DNA of 64,000 nucleotides from Haliotis rufescens (Eukaryota): NCBI RefSeq assembly GCF_023055435.1, contig NW_025964212.1, positions 1,922,001 to 1,986,000 of the forward strand, read 5' to 3'. Shown piece by piece: positions 59,829 to 64,000 of this stretch (position 1 is its first letter; each line of letters starts with the position of its first letter). The notes under the pieces were generated by a model. It saw only the letters and a program-made list of their open reading frames with translations, ran no database searches and was not told where the DNA came from. The position numbers and the translations under genes were made by a program.

Positions 59829-62195
59829 CTATTTATCGCAGGGCTGGTTGCAGTCGGAGGAGGTGAGGCTGGTGTCACTGAAACGGGAAATCGAGAAATA
59901 AAGGTTCACCACGATACTCAAGTTTGTATTTCAATATTGAATATAACTCTGGCATTTTGGCCATTTGAACAATTTTAACCCTCTTTCATAAAAATTGTTT
60001 CGTCATTATTACGATACATCATCGGGCGTATAATTTTGGAGTGAGTGAGTTTGATTGACGCCGCTTTTGGAAATATTCCAGCAATACCATTGGTGTGTAT
60101 ATTGCAGTCTACATCTATTTGCAGTGGAACCGTGTTCCCACCATTATTGAATTACGCGGAATCTAAGACGAATAATGTATGGCATGTAATCGGGTAGACA
60201 TGTGTGTCGAATCATTACTCAAACCCCGGTAGAGACTGCCACAGATGGATTCACGAACTGTGACTATTGGGGATTGGGCGGACAAAATTGTAGAAATGTG
60301 GGATTTAGTATATCTTATCCCGTTCTATTTCTGCACCTTAGTTTTCATGAATTCTGCAGGCACAGGCCGACTTGTTATATCAGTTGATGAACAGACCGCA
60401 GGACCCACGGGAGAGACCGCCATTGTTCGATTCATGGACTAAGACAAATTTGGATAGGATGAATGGGGAAAGATACCCCATACTATTACAGCTAATTCAT
60501 TAAGTTCTACTACTTGACTTCAACAGTTACAGAACAGAACAACTTTACAGAATATGAATTCTTCAGTTACAGAACTACTGGTATATCACTAGTAGAGAAT
60601 ACCACATTCTCATTAATTTAGACAAACAAATTAGGAGAAATGTTGGATTTAGTGTATATTATGATGGTACAGTTATATTAGTTGGTGATCAAACCAGTCA
60701 CTAAGTCACACTGAAATTTGAAGTTATATATCTTACGCGCAAAGCATGCGGTCCCGGATGCAGTTGTCACAGACGACGGAGCCGTTGGAGATGCAGAATG
60801 GACCGTCAAGGTAGCTGAAGCAGTCTGTGCCGGAACAGGCGAAGGCGTTCATACGAGCATCTGTTACCTGGTAGGCAGCTGGAGGTTGAAAAAAAGGCTG
60901 CTATTGGACTGCATATTATTTTTCGATGGCATGTTTGAATCCTGCATTCTGATTGGTCGTTGGCGGTAAGGAATGTACGTTAGACCATGACGTTTGAAGA
61001 CGATTGTATCAGCCCTAAAATGTTTGAAAGTTCTTCTTTCCTATGCACTCTTTTACTGAGGTAACGTTGTGAAATAAATTCAAACTTTGACTGGACATTC
61101 TTTTGTACTTTTATACTATGTGAGTGATGCACGTGGAATGTGTTGTCTGCGGCTGTTGCGCACGCACCAGGAACAGTTGCTAGTTGATCTTCACAATGCA
61201 TGACACAAGGTTCCTAACAATTTACAATCGCTTGCACGTTTGTAAAATAGGCTGACGTTGATCACAGGAAATCCTGAATCATGAGATGAGGTGAGGTGAT
61301 ATGGGGTTTAACGTCGCGTCCAAGATTATTGCANNNNNNNNNNNNNNNNNNNNNNNNNNNNNNNNNNNNNNNNNNNNNNNNNNNNNNNNNNNNNNNNNNN
61401 NNNNNNNNNNNNNNNNNNNNNNNNNNNNNNNNNNNNNNNNNNNNNNNNNNNNNNNNNNNNNNNNNNNNNNNNNNNNNNNTCCGGACTGATGCCGATTTAT
61501 GGTGCTAGCACACTGAGATACCATGCCACAGTTTAACATGAATGCCCCACTCGGACACAGTATACTGACGCCGAGCCGACCAGTCCTTGTTTTAGCCCCT
61601 TAATGCCGAGCGCCAGACAGGGTAACAACAAGTACCATCTTTTAACGTCTTTTGGTATGATCGAACCCCGACACATGCTTTTCGAAAAGAAAATTATTCA
61701 CTACAATGCCCGCCCAAGCGTACACTAATTTCAATGTTGGTTCAAAATAATGCAGTTTGCATGTGAGCATTTAATCCAAAGTTTAAAAGAATGAACAGCT
61801 TTCAGACACACTGTCCCGAAGAATTATTTGTATGAAACTCCTAGTCACTATGAACGAATTGCGCTTGGAAATATACTTCATAAACATGAATTGCGGGACG
61901 TTGGTACAGTTCATCGGATTACAGGGAGAACTGCACGAACAGTCAATCTTAGGTTAATTCTCAGAAGAAGCAGGATTTGACAACAATTTCAAAACGTTTT
62001 CAAATCCTCCATAAAGCCTCAATGCACCTTTTGGTATCGTTGGTACTTGCAAAGTACAGTCATTTCAACCTAAATATTTCCAAATATTAACCACTATTAA
62101 TAGGGTACGCAAATGAAATAGTATTTAAAACAAACAACAGAATCCAAAGTCTGCTTACCGAATGCCATAAGAGCGAGGATGACGAGGACCTTCAT
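59829..62195 (-). CDS. Secreted 8-Cys Kazal-like peptide, copy 3 (75 aa)
   Basis: Exons 62195-62159, 60878-60737, 59877-59829. Protein MKVLVILALMAFAAYQVTDA-RMNAFACSGTDCFSYLDGPFCISNGSVVCDNCIRDRMLCADTSLTSSDCNQPCDK; splice sites and frame are intact. Confidence 0.8.
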
Positions 62196-64000
62196 GATGT
62201 CTGTGTTGCTGAGGACGTTGTTTTGCTTGTCTGTAGAAAATAGAAGTGGCTGGAGTGAAAGGCGAACTCTCGTCTTTTATAGGCAAGTCTGATCGGTGGG
62301 AACAATCCATTTTCTCTTGCGTCACAGCATGTGGTCATTTCAAACAATTTCAGAACATACCTACACCATATACCCAGTCAGAAAGCTGCTGTGGCGCCTA
62401 CGCACGACGCCCAATTGGCTAATTGCACACCGTTAATTAAACCATGCGGACTTGAACTGTGAACCCCACTTTGATCCGACTCCATACCATAGAGCTATTT
62501 GTAGCTGCATTGCTACATGATTTATTTGAATGTACCATGAACTTATTGGTATACTTACGATGACCGTTCCAAATCTGCAGCCATATGTGAAAGTGGTGAT
62601 TTTGATTTTGTTTCAAGAGGTGTATTGTGAATAAAAGTCACAAAAAACTTTCTATATTCATACGAAATCTCTGCTAAAAAAATGCAGCATGTGCATGTAA
62701 TCGATTTCAAACTTCAGGAAGAATGATTTTTTTCCAGTATTTTCGGGAATATGTTTTTGAAACTTTCAGTTGTGCGAAATTAATTATTGATGATGCGTTC
62801 ATGACATGTAAAACAAGCGTACATGTAAATAGCGTTTTCGAACTTTAAATGAACCATATGGGTAATATTGTCACATACATGTAGGTCAGCGTCTGCAATT
62901 ATATCCTGTGATGTTATATTTGCTGTATTGTGTTACCCCTAAAAAACAGTAGTAATCGTATTAGTAGTAGTGGTGGTAGTAGTAGCATTAGCAGCAACAG
63001 AACTATTTTGCCGCTTGTGTACAGTTGTTACTGCAAAACAAATGATGCTAATTTGCCATTTCGCTACTCTGAAAGCTCTTATCAAAGCTAAATATTTCAG
63101 GGCATATGTGAAGCCTTGTGTAGACACGTGTTGATTAATACTTCTTTAAGTATTTGTTTCAACAGATCTCTCAACTCTGTTTGCTTCGTAAATGCACATT
63201 ATGTCTCACTCACAGTTGCAACATTACAGCAACGAAAGAACATTTTAACTCATCTAGAAAATACAAGATAGTGGTATTTGGTGATGGTGGTCCAACGAGA
63301 CATTATGGCAACAAGGTAATCATGTTTATCTTCACATGTATTTGGGGATTATCTTCACAACAAACCTGCCAATATCAGAGTCCCAAATTCGACCCGTCTC
63401 ACGGATTAAACGTCACCGTAATTATATTTCATTGCCAAAAAGGATTTGGATAATTTCTTTTTAAATAAACTTTTAGTATACACATAATTATATGAAGTAT
63501 CAATGCAAGAGAATAACCAGACTAGGTTTTCTGCCGATACAAATTCCAAGAGCGTTAAGGGCAAATAGCTGTGGAAATTATAGAAATGGATCACTAATTA
63601 TCAGTAATGACACCAGGTGTTCGCGAAATGAGAAAGGATCTCNNNNNNNNNNNNNNNNNNNNNNNNNNNNNNNNNNNNNNNNNNNNNNNNNNNNNNNNNN
63701 NNNNNNNNNNNNNNNNNNNNNNNNNNNNNNNNNNNNNNNNNNNNNNNNNNNNNNNNNNNNNNNNNNNNNNNNNNNNNNNNNNNNNNNNNNNNNNNNNNNN
63801 NNNNNNNNNNNNNNNNNNNNNNNNNNNNNNNNNNNNNNNNNNNNNNNNNNNNNNNNNNNNNNNNNNNNNNNNNNNNNNNNNNNNNNNNNNNNNNNNNNNN
63901 NNNNNNNNNNNNNNNNNNNNNNNNNNNNNNNNNNNNNNNNNNNNNNNNGGGTGGCTGGGGGGGTGGGGTGGGGATGTATGTCTAGGTGTGTATGTGTGTG

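Larger units (their letters stand above)
45764..64000. repeat. Tandem segmental triplication (units ~45764-53271, ~53272-59356, ~59357 to the window end)
   Basis: Near-identical blocks each start ATTACTCTCA(A/T)ATAA and carry the peptide gene and a Meta-like SINE; units 1 and 2 also carry a GT-rich microsatellite and a shared 3' spacer, while unit 3 is cut off at the start of its GT tract. Exon offsets are about 7.5 kb and 6.1 kb. Confidence 0.95.

Overview
Eukaryotic, AT-rich, intron-rich and SINE-dense genomic DNA with scaffold gaps (N runs). The SINE repertoire suggests a mollusc, probably a gastropod such as abalone (inference). Most short ORFs in the supplied track are spurious, and the real genes only appear after manual splicing. 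I reconstruct: (1) on +, a Cu/Zn-SOD-fold pseudoenzyme that has lost its metal ligands and is fused to a ~580-aa Cys-free block-like disordered tail (203-7684; 5' exon outside the window); (2) on -, two tandem paralogous type I membrane proteins with a divergent 12-Cys SUEL/rhamnose-lectin-like domain plus a CUB-like domain, one with a tail carrying seven Tyr motifs (9791-21784) and one with a mucin stalk whose TM exon is bracketed by a perfect 70-bp intronic inverted repeat (25644-37521); (3) on -, three tandem 6-7.5 kb units, each with a 3-exon gene for a secreted 75-aa, 8-Cys Kazal-like peptide, where every coding difference I found between copies changes the amino acid (46241-62195). The rest is several SINE families, MITEs, Tc1/hAT/LINE remnants and mini/microsatellites. 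Gene models are by-eye splice reconstructions and need RNA-seq confirmation.
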